The translations under genes and the position numbers were made by a program. This document shows positions 37,819 through 50,039 of a DNA stretch of 64,000 bases, in pieces. Source of the DNA: an uncultured Phycisphaerales bacterium (GTDB lineage: Bacteria; Planctomycetota; Phycisphaerae; Tepidisphaerales; Tepidisphaeraceae); assembly GCA_963758525.1 (NCBI GenBank), contig CAVWVQ010000003.1:2432001-2496000 (forward strand), in the 5' to 3' direction. Under the pieces are notes generated by a model. That model saw only the letters and a program-made list of their open reading frames with translations, was not told the DNA's origin and ran no database searches. Every line of letters begins with the position of its first letter. The stretch's first letter is position 1.

Positions 37819-40362
37819 TCATTTGCTATCGGTCACTTGCTCGCGAGCCTTAAGGGTCGCGCCGGAAGGGGCGGTAATCCTGCCTGCCAGGCCCTGCAAA
37901 GCTGAGAGCGCTGCACCGATGTCATCAAGCTGCTTCTGCCGCGCCGCGTGCTCCAACTGCTTGGCGGGGCTGGTCAGCGCATCGAACCCAGCCGTTCCAC
38001 CGCACCCTTTCACCCAGTGCGCAAGGCGAGCGAGGTCTTCCAAATCACCCTTGGACCACGCCTCCTGAATGGCGCCGAGCTGCTCGCCAAGCCGCTCCAC
38101 GAACTCTTCGACAATCTCGCAGAAGTCCGGATCCTCAGTCGGCAGCGTGGAACAAATCCGGCTTTCGTCGGAAGTGATGCCGGATGTCATGGCGATATTG
38201 TGTTCGTCGCGTGACGGCAAACCCGCGGGCTTCTGTCCGACATATTCGCCGACCGTGCGGACCAGCAGATCCATGTCGATCGGCTTGGTGAGGAAGCCCG
38301 TGCAACCCGCGTTGCGGCATTTTTCCTCGTCGCCGCGCATCGCGTGGGCGGTGAGCGCGATGATAGGCGTTTGCAGCCCTTTGCTGCGCAGCAGCGTTGC
38401 AGCGGCATAGCCATCCATGACCGGCATCTGCATGTCCATCAGAATGACATCAAACGGCTCTGCCAAGGCCATGTCAGCGCCGATCTGCCCGTTCTCCGCC
38501 TGCAGGACGGTGACGCCGGCGCGTTGGAGCACCAGCGAAATCAACTTGCGATTGGAGACGCCGTCCTCGACGAGCAGCACCCGAGCCGGCGGCAGATGAA
38601 GCTCTGACCCGTCGGCGTGCCGGGCGCCCGCCAGCGACGCGCTGGCCTGGGCGGCGCTGAGCATCGGCACGTTGGCAAGCGGGCCGGTCCCGATGATGAC
38701 ACTGAAGGTGCTTCCCGTGCCATAGACGCTGGCAACCTGAATCGATCCGCCCAATGCCTCAGCGATCTGCTGGCTGATCGACAGACCCAGGCCCGTGCCG
38801 CCGAATCGGCGGGTGATGGACGTGTCCGCCTGCGCGAACGGCTGGAAGATGCGATTCAACACTTCCGGCTTCATGCCGATGCCGCTGTCGATCACATCGA
38901 GCTTGAGCTTGGGCGTCGTCGACGTTGCATCGAGAACCGACGCGACTACTCGGACCGCCCCCGTCTCGGTGAACTTGATCGCGTTGCCGATCAGGTTGGT
39001 CAACACTTGGCGCAGGCGGGTCGGATCGGTTTCGATCGACTCCGGGATCGGACCCTCCCAACTGGTTTCAAGTCCAATCCCTTTCTGACGCGCGCGCACG
39101 GAGAGCACGTTGGCAATCTCCGCGATCAGCTTGTGCGGCGCGCAGCGGCTCAGCTCGATCTCCAGCTTGCCGGCCTCGATCTTGGAAAGATCCAGCACGT
39201 CGTTGATCAGTTCCAGAAGATGCTGGCCGCTGGAATGGATCGTCTCAAGATATTCCTGCCGCTCCGTTTCGTTTTCCTCATATCCGCGGCGAAGCACCTC
39301 GGCGAATCCGAGGATGGCGTTCATCGGCGTGCGAATCTCGTGGCTCATGCGCGCCAGGAATTCGCTCTTGGCCCGGTTCGCGGATTCGGCCACGTCCTTC
39401 GATTTGCGCAGCTCGACTTCCTTCTGCTCCAGCACGGTGACGTCGTCGAAGCTGGCCAGAACTCCCCGGTATTCCCCTTCGCCACCCTGGATCGGGGAGC
39501 AGTTGACGGAAAACGTGTGCCAGTTCGATTGCGCATTGCGCAGCCGCATGATCGAGCCACGTTGCGTCGCGCCCTCGCTCATCGCCTTGCGCCAGGGCGC
39601 CGTCTGCGCCGCTGCGTCGCCGCCCTCCTGCCAGGGGAGCGACGAAACCGGCGTTGCCAGCAGCTCGCTGGCAGGCTTTCCCAGCAGATCCGCGAAAGCC
39701 TGGTTGGCGAGCACGATGCGCTCCTCGTTGTCGATGACGAGCAGGCCTTCCGCAAGTGTGTCGAGCGCCGTTCGCACGCGGGGCGGGACCGCCTTGGATG
39801 GATCCAGGTGCTGCAGCATTTTCCGCAGATAGAACATGAAGGCCATCATGGACAGGGACAACACGAAGAGAATCAGCCGGATAGGCGGCGAGCTGATCAG
39901 GCCCCAGATCCCGGAGCCTTGGATGGCGCGGAAATGCATCTCGACAACGCCCCACCGCTTCTCGTCCGCCCAGATGGGAACGTCGATGTTCTGATAGATT
40001 GCCAGCGCCCCGGCAGTACGCGCCGGCGTCCCGATCGCGGTGACCACGCGACCGTCAGCCTTGCGAATCGTGGCAGACGCAATGTCGGGATCGCGCTCGA
40101 CCATGGCGCGGAACGTCAGCGGCAACTGCTCTTCCGCGCCGCGGGCAACGTCCAGCGAGCAATGAACGGCGATCACTTCGCACAATTTGCCGCGACCGTC
40201 CATGATGGCCTGGGTCTCATTGGGAATGATCCCAAGCGACAGCGCGCCCAGCAGGATGCCGCCCAGCAGAAGGATTTGTCCAAGAACGATTCGGGCGCGT
40301 GCCGGCACTCGACCGGCCAGCGTCCGGAGCCATTCCAGGGGTGTCACGGTTTTGGAGCTCAT
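37819..40362 (-). CDS. Membrane hybrid sensor kinase (2 TM, PAS, HisKA, HATPase, REC, Hpt)
   Basis: MSHEIRTPMN, NLIGNAIKFT, DSGIG, GGTGLGL, LMDMQMP, LAHWVKGCGG. Confidence 0.93.
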   Translation of the reverse strand: MSSKTVTPLEWLRTLAGRVPARARIVLGQILLLGGILLGALSLGIIPNETQAIMDGRGKLCEVIAVHCSLDVARGAEEQLPLTFRAMVERDPDIASATIRKADGRVVTAIGTPARTAGALAIYQNIDVPIWADEKRWGVVEMHFRAIQGSGIWGLISSPPIRLILFVLSLSMMAFMFYLRKMLQHLDPSKAVPPRVRTALDTLAEGLLVIDNEERIVLANQAFADLLGKPASELLATPVSSLPWQEGGDAAAQTAPWRKAMSEGATQRGSIMRLRNAQSNWHTFSVNCSPIQGGEGEYRGVLASFDDVTVLEQKEVELRKSKDVAESANRAKSEFLARMSHEIRTPMNAILGFAEVLRRGYEENETERQEYLETIHSSGQHLLELINDVLDLSKIEAGKLEIELSRCAPHKLIAEIANVLSVRARQKGIGLETSWEGPIPESIETDPTRLRQVLTNLIGNAIKFTETGAVRVVASVLDATSTTPKLKLDVIDSGIGMKPEVLNRIFQPFAQADTSITRRFGGTGLGLSISQQIAEALGGSIQVASVYGTGSTFSVIIGTGPLANVPMLSAAQASASLAGARHADGSELHLPPARVLLVEDGVSNRKLISLVLQRAGVTVLQAENGQIGADMALAEPFDVILMDMQMPVMDGYAAATLLRSKGLQTPIIALTAHAMRGDEEKCRNAGCTGFLTKPIDMDLLVRTVGEYVGQKPAGLPSRDEHNIAMTSGITSDESRICSTLPTEDPDFCEIVEEFVERLGEQLGAIQEAWSKGDLEDLARLAHWVKGCGGTAGFDALTSPAKQLEHAARQKQLDDIGAALSALQGLAGRITAPSGATLKAREQVTDSK

Positions 40363-40381
40363 GGGAATTCCTGTCGAACGA

Positions 40382-43300
40382 TCATGATTTTTTCCTGTTG
40401 CCGTTGACGAGGCCTTCGAGTCCTTCATCGTCATTGTTCCGGTGCCGGCCCGAACCGATCGATTCGAGAATGGGCAGCGGATCGACGAAGTTCCAGGCCG
40501 GCATGGAGGAGAGCAGACTGCTCAGCAAAGAGCCGGCGCGGAAAATCCAGACGAAGTAGGCCAGCGACATTCCGATGGACATAAACGACGCGGTTCCCGC
40601 CCAGACTTTGACCTCCGAGTGCATGTTCTGCTTCATCGCGTCCAGGTCGACCCAGAGCTTGCTGTTGTTGGCCAGGAGCTTGCGCGTGCTGGCGAACTCG
40701 GCGCGCATCGATTCCCGATGGAGCAAATTCACCGCCGAGTCGTCCCGCGCCGGCGTGGGCGGAACGACGGGGGGCGCCGCTGCCGCTCGCTGCGCAGCGT
40801 TGGCCGCGGCTCTCGGAACCGGGCGGGCCGCCGGCGCGGCGGCGGGGGTCGCGCCCGGCGTCTTGCTCGCAGGCGGCGAAACGTCGGTGGAATCCGGGGC
40901 CGGAGCAGACTTGCCATCGTCTCCAGTAGCTGAAGTGGAATCCGAATCGTTCGTCGTGGTCTTTGCGACAATCGAATCGGACAGCTTCGAATTTTGATTG
41001 GGAGCAGACGCCGGCGCAACAGTTGGAACCACGGGAGGCGCAGGCGAGGGCGCGGGGGCAATCGGAACGGCCTGACGTTTCAGCTGGAACGCAACGGCGC
41101 CGGTCGTCCGCCCCACCGCATCCTGGGCCTCGAACTGGAACGTGTCGGGGAAAGGCACGCCGCCGGCTGGCGCGTAGCTGACGGCGCCGCTGTCGAGGTC
41201 ATCGCGCGTGAAGGAGCCGTTCACGCTCAGCGGAGTCCCATCGAGCAGCAATGTTCCATGCTGGGGCAGCGAGAGAATGACGTAAGAAACGCCCTCGGCC
41301 GCGCCCGTGGGCTCGGCGACGTAGAGGGAGTCTGTTGTGATCGGAGCGGGTCCCTGGTTGGGGAGATCCAAAGATGACCGGCGAACCAGCAGCGGCGCGG
41401 GGATGACGGTGACCGCCGCCTGCACCGGGCTGCCGCCAAGGCCCGAGTCCGATGGTGACACCGACGCCTGAATGGTAAACGCACCAGGCGCAACCGAGCC
41501 GGCAGTTGGTGTGAAGCGGAGACCCGCCAGGCCCTGCGCGAAGGTGATAAAATCGCCGTCGCCGATCGGCGTGACCCCATTCTGCTGCACGAGAGAGCCG
41601 CCGGCAATGTTGGTGATCTTGAAGTACCCTGCCAATGAACCATCCGCCACATCCGGCGTGATCACCAGGCCGGTGCTGGTGCGATGACCTTCCAGCACCT
41701 GCGTGTCCGTGACGCTCGGAGTATGCGCAATCGGCGTGACGTCCACCGCGATCGTCATCGTCGCGGACTGCGGCCCCGGAACGCCGGTGTTCCCCAGATC
41801 GTTGAGCGTGACGGCGAGCGTCGCCGGCCCCGAGTAATGCAGGGCGGGCGTGAAGATCAGGCCATCCAGCGCGGCGTCGAGAGAGCTCAGCGTCCCAGTC
41901 AATGTGATGGCAGATGCCGGGCTGTTCGACGACGAGGAGGTTGCCAGCGTGCCGTCGGTCGCCGACAGCGTGAGTTGTTCCGGATGGTTCTCCGAATCAA
42001 CGTCGGCAAGGGTGATGCCGTCGCCACCGGCCGGTGAGAGTCCGAGCGGCACATCCTCGACTGTGGACTGCGCCGGCGGGCCGGAGATCGCGGGGGCGTC
42101 GTTTACGGCAACGACATCGATTGGGCGGTCGACCGGGTCGCTCGAAATAAACACATCAACGACGCTGAACTCGGCGCTCCTCGCCGCGACGGAAGGGTCG
42201 TGGCTGGAGTTTGCATACGCCACCGACTGCAGCGCTGACTGGTAGGTGGTCGCCGACGCAGCTCCGCTGAGCGTCAGCACTCCGTTGGCCGCGTCCCACG
42301 AACCGGCGATTCCGTTCTGATCCGTGAACTGCAGCGTATCCTCAGACGGAACGAATCCGATGACACGTACCGTCGCACCCGTGAGCGGCGCCGCGTTCTG
42401 GTCCGTGATGGTCAGGCCCGGAGAGATCTCGGCAGCGCCCTGACCTTCTGTGTACGCCAGCGCGCCCGAATCAACTGCGAGCGTCTGCTTGCGGGCGACC
42501 GACACGGTCGCCGTCACCACGCTTCCGCCGAGCCCCGAATCGTCGGAAGTTGTCGACGCCTGCACTTGAAAGCTGCCGGTTGGCGCGCTGCCGGCAACTG
42601 GAGTGAATTTCAGCCCGGCTTCTCCCTCCGCGAAGGGGATGAAATCTCCGCCAGCCACTGCGCTTCCATCTGAGAGGGCGAGGCTTCCGCCGGTGATTCC
42701 GGTGATTTTGAAATAGCCGGCGAGCGACGCATCCAGTGCATTTGGAGTGATCGCCAGCCCGCTTGTTGTTTGCGCGGTTTCGATCGTTTGCGCCGGCGAC
42801 ACGGATGGCTGATGGGCGATGCGGTCCACGGTGATCGACACGCTGTCCGTGTCAGAGAGCGCGCCGCTGGGTCCCACGTTAGCCGGATCGGCGGTAACGA
42901 TCTGAAGCGAAGCGGCGCCCGCATAGTGCAATGCCGGCGTGAAGATCAGTCCATTGAGCGCGGCCCGCAGTTTGGCAAGCGTGCCGGTGAACGACACGGA
43001 GGAATCGCCGATTCCCGTGCCGCTGGTGAGCGTAACCCCGGAACCGGCGGCAAGTGTGACGGCGCCGTTCGAGGCGGACAGCGTGACCAGGTCGGTTCCG
43101 GAGCCGATCGATCCGTCGTTGACGGAGATTAAGCGTGTGGATGAGAAGATCAGTGGCGCGTCCTCGGCAATCGTCTGCGCGACGGGCACTTGATTCACCG
43201 GAGGGCCGGCCACGGTGATCGAAGCCGTTGCGAGCGAGCCGCCAAGTCCTGCGGGATTGTTCGCGGTGGACGCCTGAACGTGGAACGTGCCAGTTGCGAG

Positions 43301-46300
43301 GGAGCCGTTTGTCGGCATGAAGCGAAGTCCCGCGGAGCCCTGGGCGGCGGTGACAAAGTCGCCGTTGAGGATCGCGTTTCCGTTTTGATCGAAGAGCGTT
43401 CCGCCCGTAATGCCGGTGATTTGAAAGTAGCTTACCACCGGTCCGTCGATCGCATTGCGGGCAATCACCAGCCCGCTGGACGTCTCCTGGTTGATGACCG
43501 TCTTCGCATTCGTGATTGATGGCGTATGAGCGACCGCTGTGATCGCTAATGCAATTGTCGCATTGGCGCTATTGACCCCTTCGCTCACGGAAGCGGCGAG
43601 GCTGGCGCTGCCCACATAGTGCGTCGCCGGCACAAACTGCAGGCCGTTCATCGCGTTGTTCAGGCTTGTCAATGTTCCGGTGAACGTCAGGGAAGCCGCG
43701 CCGGACGCCGTGCCGCTGGTAAAGGAGATTCCGGAGACGCTTGCGAGCGTGAGTGTCCCATTTGTCGCCGTCAGAGTGACAGAGGCGTTACCGTTCGCGT
43801 TGCCAGGATCGCTCACGCTGATCGCGTCGGAGTTTCCGGCGGAGAAGACCAGCGGCGCATCTTCCGCGGTCGTTCCTGTGGCAGGCGCGGCGAGCGAGGG
43901 AACGGGTCGTATTGTTATCGTTGCAGCGACGATCGATCCGCCGAGCCCCGAAGCGCTGTTCGATGTCGAGGCTTGGACGCTGAACAAGCCTGCTGCCGTC
44001 GAGTTGGTTGCGGGATTGAAAAGCAATCCTGCTTCGCCGGCGGCGAAGGTGATGAATTGGCCGTCGCTGATCAGATTTCCATTGCTGTCGGAAAGTGAAC
44101 CGCCGGCGATCCCGGTGATCTGGAAATATCCCGGTATCGACGTATCGAGCGAATTGGGGGTGATGACCAGACCGCTGGTGCTTTGGACATTTTCATTCGT
44201 GCTGGCGGTGGTGACCGACGGCGTGTGAGCGGCCTGATCGACAGTGATTGCGACCGACCCGTTCACGGCGTTGGAGCCTTCGCTCACTGAGATTGCCAGG
44301 CTTGCCGACCCGGAATAGTGCGTGCCCGGCACAAACTGCAGGCCGCTCAGAGCAGCATTGAGATGGGCGAACGTACCGCTGAAAGCGTCACTGCTGCTGC
44401 CGCTGAAACTGCCGCTGCTGAAGGTCAGACCAGTTGCACTTGCCAATATCAGCGTGCCATTGCTGGCGGTCAGCGTTACGGAAGCGGTCCCGCCGCTGTT
44501 GCCGGGATCGCTGACCGAGATTGCGTTTCCGTGGGCGGCGGAAAATACCAGCGAGGTATCCTCGTTGGCGGTCGCGTTGGTGGGCGAAACGAGAAGGGGC
44601 ACCGGCTTTACGACGATGCTGTCAGCCACGACCGAACCCCCAAGGCCAGACGCACTGTTGGATGTCGACGCCTGAATATCGAACATGCCGGCGACGGTCG
44701 AGTTGGTTGTGGGATTGAAAACCAATCCTGCTTCGCCGCTGGCGAAGGTGATGAACTGGCCGTTGCTGATCGGATTTCCATTATTGTCCGACAGTGACCC
44801 GCCGGTGATGCCGGTGATCTGGAAGTACCCCGACAGTGAAGAATTCAGTGCATTGGGAGTGATGACAAGACCGCTCGTGGTCGGCGTGTTTTCGTTGGTG
44901 GCAGCGGGGCTTGCCGTTGGAGTGTAGGCAACCTGGGCGACGGCGGGCGTTGCGTATAGCTGGAAGAAGACTCCATTGTTGTCGCCGGCTCCCTGCCCAT
45001 CCCAGGCGACCACCGCATGCGCGTCATACCAGGCGATCGCTGCATCCTGCTGATTGCCCTGGGTTGTGGTATTGACGAGAAATTGGCCGCCGTTGGCAGA
45101 CCCGTCCGCCTTGAACGCCTGTCCGAAGACGCCATTGCCGTTCCCATCGAGATTATTTCCGGCAGTCCACGCAACCAGATAGCTGCCGTCAGCGCGCACG
45201 GCAATCGCCGGCTTGGTCTCCATGGCGGCGCCGGGGTCGCTCAACTGCACCGGCGAGGCGTCCAGGGCGGTGCCGGCCGCATTGTACCGGCGCGTATAGA
45301 TGCCCTGACCAGGGCCACTCTCGGACCAGGCGACCACAAAGTTTCCCGAATCGTCGATGCCCACCGCGGAAAGATCTTGGTTATTGCCTCCGCTGGCGCC
45401 GACCAGGATTTCTGCCGATGGCGAGCCGGAGGCGGGAAGCAGAGCCGCCTTGATCGTCTGTGCAGGGTTCTTGTCCGTCCAAGTCACCACGCTGCCGCCC
45501 TGCGGGTCGGTTGCGATCGCGGGATTGGTCTGCGGTCCAGTGACGGTCGCGTTCATCAGAACGGCGCCGCCGTTGGCCGCTCCGGCGGCGGTGAAACGCT
45601 GCGCGTAAATTCCGTCGTTGTCGCCGGCCCGGTTTCCCTCATAAACAATGGTAAATGAACCGTCGGCTGCCATGGCGACAGCGGAGGGTGTATTGCCCTG
45701 TCTCGCGGAGCTGACCAGCGTATCACCGGTCAGCGCGGTTCCCGCCGCGTTAAACACCTTGGCGTAGACGCTATTCCCGTTACCGTTCCACGAGACAACG
45801 AACTGGCCCGATGTGTTCATCGCCACCGACGGCGCGGGGGAGCCGCCGGCCTGCAACGTGTTTACCTGAAATTGGCTTCCGACGGCAGTGCCGGACGCGT
45901 TGTACAGTTGGGCGTTCACTTCGCCGCCCGCGGCGCCATCCTCCCAGACCACGATAAAGTTGCCGGAATCATCCATCGCCACCGCAGGCAACTGCTGGTT
46001 GCCCCCGGTGGAGGCGGTGTTGACCAGTGTCTCGCCGCCCAAAGGCGTGCTGACCGGCCCGGCCGCCCCGATCGTGAAAGGCCTGCTGCCCGACAGCGGT
46101 CCGGCAGTTGCCGTCACGGTGCCGGTGCCGGTCGTAGAGGGGGCCAGGTAGAGACCCGAATTGCTCAGCGTGCCCGGCCCAGTCAGTGAATAATTAATCC
46201 CCGGCTGAGGCGACACCGCATCGCCGAACTGGTCTTGCACCGTTCCAGTGAACTGCTGCAGATCATTTGCCGGCACCGTGGCATTGGCTGGCGCGACAAC

Positions 46301-48176
46301 CACTAATGTCGCGGTTTGATGGACCATCACGTTCACGGAACTTGTGGTTGACAGTCCGCCTGCGTCGGTGACGGTCACCTGAAAAACGTAGGAGCCGGCT
46401 TTGCTGAACGTTGCCGTGGCGTTTTTCGAGGCATTGGTTCCGTTGCTGCTGAAATTGACTGCCGCCGGCGGTGTACCCGTAGTGCTCCAGGTGTAGGTAA
46501 GATTGGATGCGCCCCCATCGTCGGCCCCGAGAACGCTTAATGCCGTGGCGGTGCCGTTGACATTGTTCGGCGCCGCTGCCGCGGGCGTGGCCACCGTTGG
46601 AGGCGCGTTGACCGTGATCGTCACCGTTGCCGCGCTCGAAGTCAGAACGCCGTCAGTGGCCTTATAGGTAAATGAGTCTGTTCCGGTGTATCCGGAAGTG
46701 GGGGTATATGTGAACCCTCCCTGCTTGGCCGGGTCCCATACAAGCGTGCCGTGCGCGGGATTGGTCTGCAGAATTGCGGTTAGCGGAGAGTTGAGAAAGT
46801 CGGTGTCATTCGATAACACTCCGGGAGCTGCGACCGTAAGTGTCTGATTTTTATTGACGGCATATTGGTCATTCGTCGCGGCGGGCGGGAGTAACAACAA
46901 CGTGTCCGCCCAGTTTCGCTGAACGGCACGGCTCATGGCGATGGGCGTTTGAATTCGGCCAGTGGCATATTCCAGATTCCAGTTTCCGCCCAGGGCTTTC
47001 TGCCCTGTCAGGTCAGTGCTGGCGGCCACGGCCGCGCCGCTCAGATTCGCAATTGCGTCGACAAACGCCTTTCCACTGCTTCCCTCGGCAACATCGCAGC
47101 CGTAGAGCAGCAGGTCGGCTCCTGAGGCAAGCGATTGACGCCATGCATTGATCGACGCGGCATAGGTGTCCAGGTCGCCGGCGCTGAGCAGCACGCTTCC
47201 AAGTTGCAGCTCCCCCGCATTGCCGTGCGTGATGAGGTGAATCGCCGTGATCCCAGTGCGCCCGGCGAGCGTGTCGGTGATTTGCGCGACGCCGTCGCGC
47301 GTCGGGTCTAGCAGCACGATTTGATCGCCGGGCGCGGCCTGCCGGACACCGGCGAGCAGCGTTTTCCAATGCGGGACAGAGGTATCCACAAAGACAATCG
47401 CTGTATTGCGATGAACAGTGGCAATATTCGGTTGAGCCCCCCTGCCGTGCGTGGCTAGCGTGTGCTTTTGGCCTGAAGTGCTGTCGACCTTCAGGGCTCC
47501 AGCGGGTGTCGGCTCTGGCGGCGCGCTGTCCGGCAGGCTTCCCGCCAGGTAGCGCTGGCTGAAAATTTCCTGTATGCCGGCCGGTCCTTTGCCGTGCCAT
47601 GAGACGGCGAAATCACCGGCCGAATCGATGGTGACGGCAGACCGTCGCGCCTCGCCCGTCTTGCTGCCCGACACGACGTATTCGTTGCCCGCAGGCTCGC
47701 CGGAGCTGTCGTATTCGCGAGCGCAAATCGCGCCGCCGTTTTCGCTGCTGGTCCAACTGACCACAAAGCTGCCCGACGCGTTCATCGCCACGGCAGGCTG
47801 TGCCTGATGTGCGGCGGCAGTCTGATTGATACGAAACTCGGAGCCGACCTGCGCGCACCGCTGTGTCAAATCGTTGGCCGTAAATGCCCGGCCCCTGCCC
47901 GTCCTGCCCGTTATCAGACCAGACGGCGACGTAGTTGCCCGATCGGTCGATTGCGATCACGGGGTTCAGCTCGGCGTAGGTCTTATTGGTATTGACGACC
48001 TTCTCGGTGCCCGTCAGCGAGAAGCTGAACATCATCCGCGATTCGAGCCGCTCAACCTCGGCTAGTTGCCGAAAGATGCAATTGAAGCGCAGGCTGCTTC
48101 CGATGGCGGCAGCGCATGCCAGCGAACGACGACAGAGCGAGCGCAACTGTTTCAAACCGATGGCTTGAGCAGACAT
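40382..48176 (-). CDS. Giant surface protein (~2,600 aa): LEPRxLL-like motif, DUF4347, Ig/cadherin-like repeats, C-terminal TM (frameshift near 47860)
   Basis: ERLESRMMFS; DUF4347 (IHLITHG...LLLYGCDVA...GGNWNLE); Ig-like TDSFTYKATDG; five GYF(Q/K)IT(G/N)I(T/A)GG repeats; Pro/Ala linker; TM followed by SSMPAWNFVDPLPIL. Confidence 0.85.
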
Positions 48177-48443
48177 CCTTGGATTCCCGAGGTGGAAAAA
48201 TCCGCGTTCGAATGCGCGTAGCATTCCAAGGATTGCTTATCGGCGTCGCTTGAATTTTGATGGACAGTTCAACGCCCCAGAAGGGGATGGTGTGGTTATC
48301 GGGCCTGCTCACCAGCGGACGAATTGCAAGGCCGCGCACTGGCTAAACCGCCAGCCCTGAGGCCCCTGCTTGCTTTCTTATCGGTATCATCGACAAGGCG
48401 TTCGGCAACCGAAGTTCCGCGAATCCTTAGACGCGCAGAGCTG

Positions 48444-48505
48444 TGTCGCACAGCCGTCCCGGCTGTGATTTCAAACGAGCTCACCCCTGAGAAGGCTGTG
48501 CTGCA
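48444..48505. repeat. Degenerate REP doublet, family G
   Basis: TGTCGCACAGCCGTCCCGGCTGTGATTTC...GGCTGTGCTGCA resembles 29867-29933. Confidence 0.65.
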
Positions 48506-48517
48506 TCATGCTTCGCA

Positions 48518-49201
48518 CTATCGTGGAAGCGTGTCCGACGCGGCGCCCGACAACAGGTTCGCCAGTCGCGCATCAAGCAATGTTGGCTGAGTTGCGGGGT
48601 CCTGCTTGCGCAGTGCTACGGCCATCGTGTCTCGGTCTGCCGAAACTCTGCCCGACAGCTCCCCTTCCGCCCGGCTCCGCTTTTCATTCGCTTCAGCCAG
48701 CTCTTGTTGCAAATGATCGCGCTCGGTTTTCAGTTGCCCGGCGGCGTCCGACACGCCTTTCACCTGCTCGTCCGCGTGCCGCAGCTCCACCTGCGAGCGC
48801 GTGATCGTGGTTGCGGTCCACCCCACCGCTACCAGCAATGCCACAGCCATGGCACCCACCGTGCACCAGGCGATCAGCGAGCCGCGCCGGGCCGTGCGTG
48901 TCTCTTCCCACGCGCGGTCGGCATCGATGCGCGCCAGCCGGGCATCCTCCTGCGCGGTCTTCACTATGGCGGAAGTGGCCCCCAATGCGAACTGCACCTG
49001 GTTCTCCGCCTGCCCGGCCACGACGGACAGCGCATCGGCGCCAGGAGCCGCGATGTCGGCAACGTCAATCAACACTTCCAACTGCCCGGCGGCGGTCCGA
49101 CGGCTCTGTAATTTGCCGCTCTTCATCTGCCGTTCCACCGTGCGGGGATGCACTTTGAGCGCGGCGGCAGCTTCGGCGAATGTCACCCATTTATCCGGCA
49201 T
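48518..49201 (-). CDS. HTH (excisionase/MerR-like) plus TM plus coiled-coil protein
   Basis: WVTFAEAAAALKVHPRTVERQMKSGKL; TM LIAWCTVGAMAVALLVAVGW; heptad-rich C-terminus; GGAGG RBS. Confidence 0.75.
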   Translation of the reverse strand: MPDKWVTFAEAAAALKVHPRTVERQMKSGKLQSRRTAAGQLEVLIDVADIAAPGADALSVVAGQAENQVQFALGATSAIVKTAQEDARLARIDADRAWEETRTARRGSLIAWCTVGAMAVALLVAVGWTATTITRSQVELRHADEQVKGVSDAAGQLKTERDHLQQELAEANEKRSRAEGELSGRVSADRDTMAVALRKQDPATQPTLLDARLANLLSGAASDTLPR

Positions 49202-49390
49202 AGGTCCTCCATGACCTCTCAAGAATGTGTGCGAAAGTGAACAGGCCTACTGTCTGCACCAACAGTGACCGCGCTGACATCCCTGTCAGCGAGTCACCTT
49301 TTTAGCCTCTGGGCGGCATCACTTCAAGGTCTGGCTGCGGAAAGCCAGCACAATTGCAGGACAATTGCATCGGTACTTTTGGAACGCAGT

Positions 49391-49450
49391 TGCAGTGCAG
49401 GCTTCCAGCCTCCCCGAGGTCGCCGAAGCAGGCTGGAAGCCTGGACCACA
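49391..49450. repeat. REP-like doublet, family E
   Basis: GTGCAGGCTTCCAGCCT...AGGCTGGAAGCCTGGACCACA. Confidence 0.75.
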
Positions 49451-49766
49451 AACGCACATGGAATTGTGCTGCCCGCACGATTGCCTTGGCCTTATAAGTT
49501 TGTCGGACAAGCATGCAGCGTTCCTCCAAAGTTTTATCGGACCTGAAGTGGGCGGGCAAACGCCGGGCAACGCCCCAACTAATATGATTAACGTATATCT
49601 ATTTATGCATATGTATTAGGGCTGCCCAGTCCGAAGTTTTATTCGCCACGCTCCTCAGGATCCGCGAGCAGAGTCGATCCGGGCCTCCACGAACTCTTTT
49701 CGCTTGCAACGCAACATTTGCGCTGGCGGTAATCTTGCGTTTGTTCTCAAGCGCCGCGCATGGTGG

Positions 49767-49903
49767 TTGGCGCTTGATAGCGGGACGATTAGCTCCGAGT
49801 AGGGCGGGATTTATCCCGCCGATTTGCTGATTGCCGAGAAAACGGCGGGATGAATCCCGCCCTACAAACTCTGGATCTGCGTTCTCCACCTCAAAAGTTA
49901 CAC
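49767..49903 (+). repeat. ~140-bp dispersed element with family-F REP doublet (49799-49865)
   Basis: Reverse-complement match to 23021-23160, sharing the end AAAAGTTACACC. Confidence 0.85.
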
Positions 49904-50023
49904 CGACGGCAGACAAACGGCGGGAAAAGGCGGATGATCCCACGAAGGCCCACGAACGAATTCACCGTGTCTCTGCGGTCCCTTCGTGGAATCTATTGTA
50001 CAGTTCGCAGGCATCAGATAGAT

Positions 50024-50039
50024 TGTTCCACGTGGAACT
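50024..50039. promoter_or_regulatory. parS: parS centromere-like site
   Basis: TGTTCCACGTGGAACT (14-bp perfect palindrome core) matches the chromosomal parS consensus; 46 bp upstream of parB. Confidence 0.9.

Noticed and set aside
48518..49201. Prophage excisionase or integrated element
   Set aside because: No integrase, att sites or phage genes nearby, and the protein has a TM helix and coiled coil.
49550..49620. c-di-GMP-I riboswitch or oriC call
   Set aside because: Only a GGCAAAC fragment is present, without the rest of the aptamer, and there is no DnaA-box cluster.
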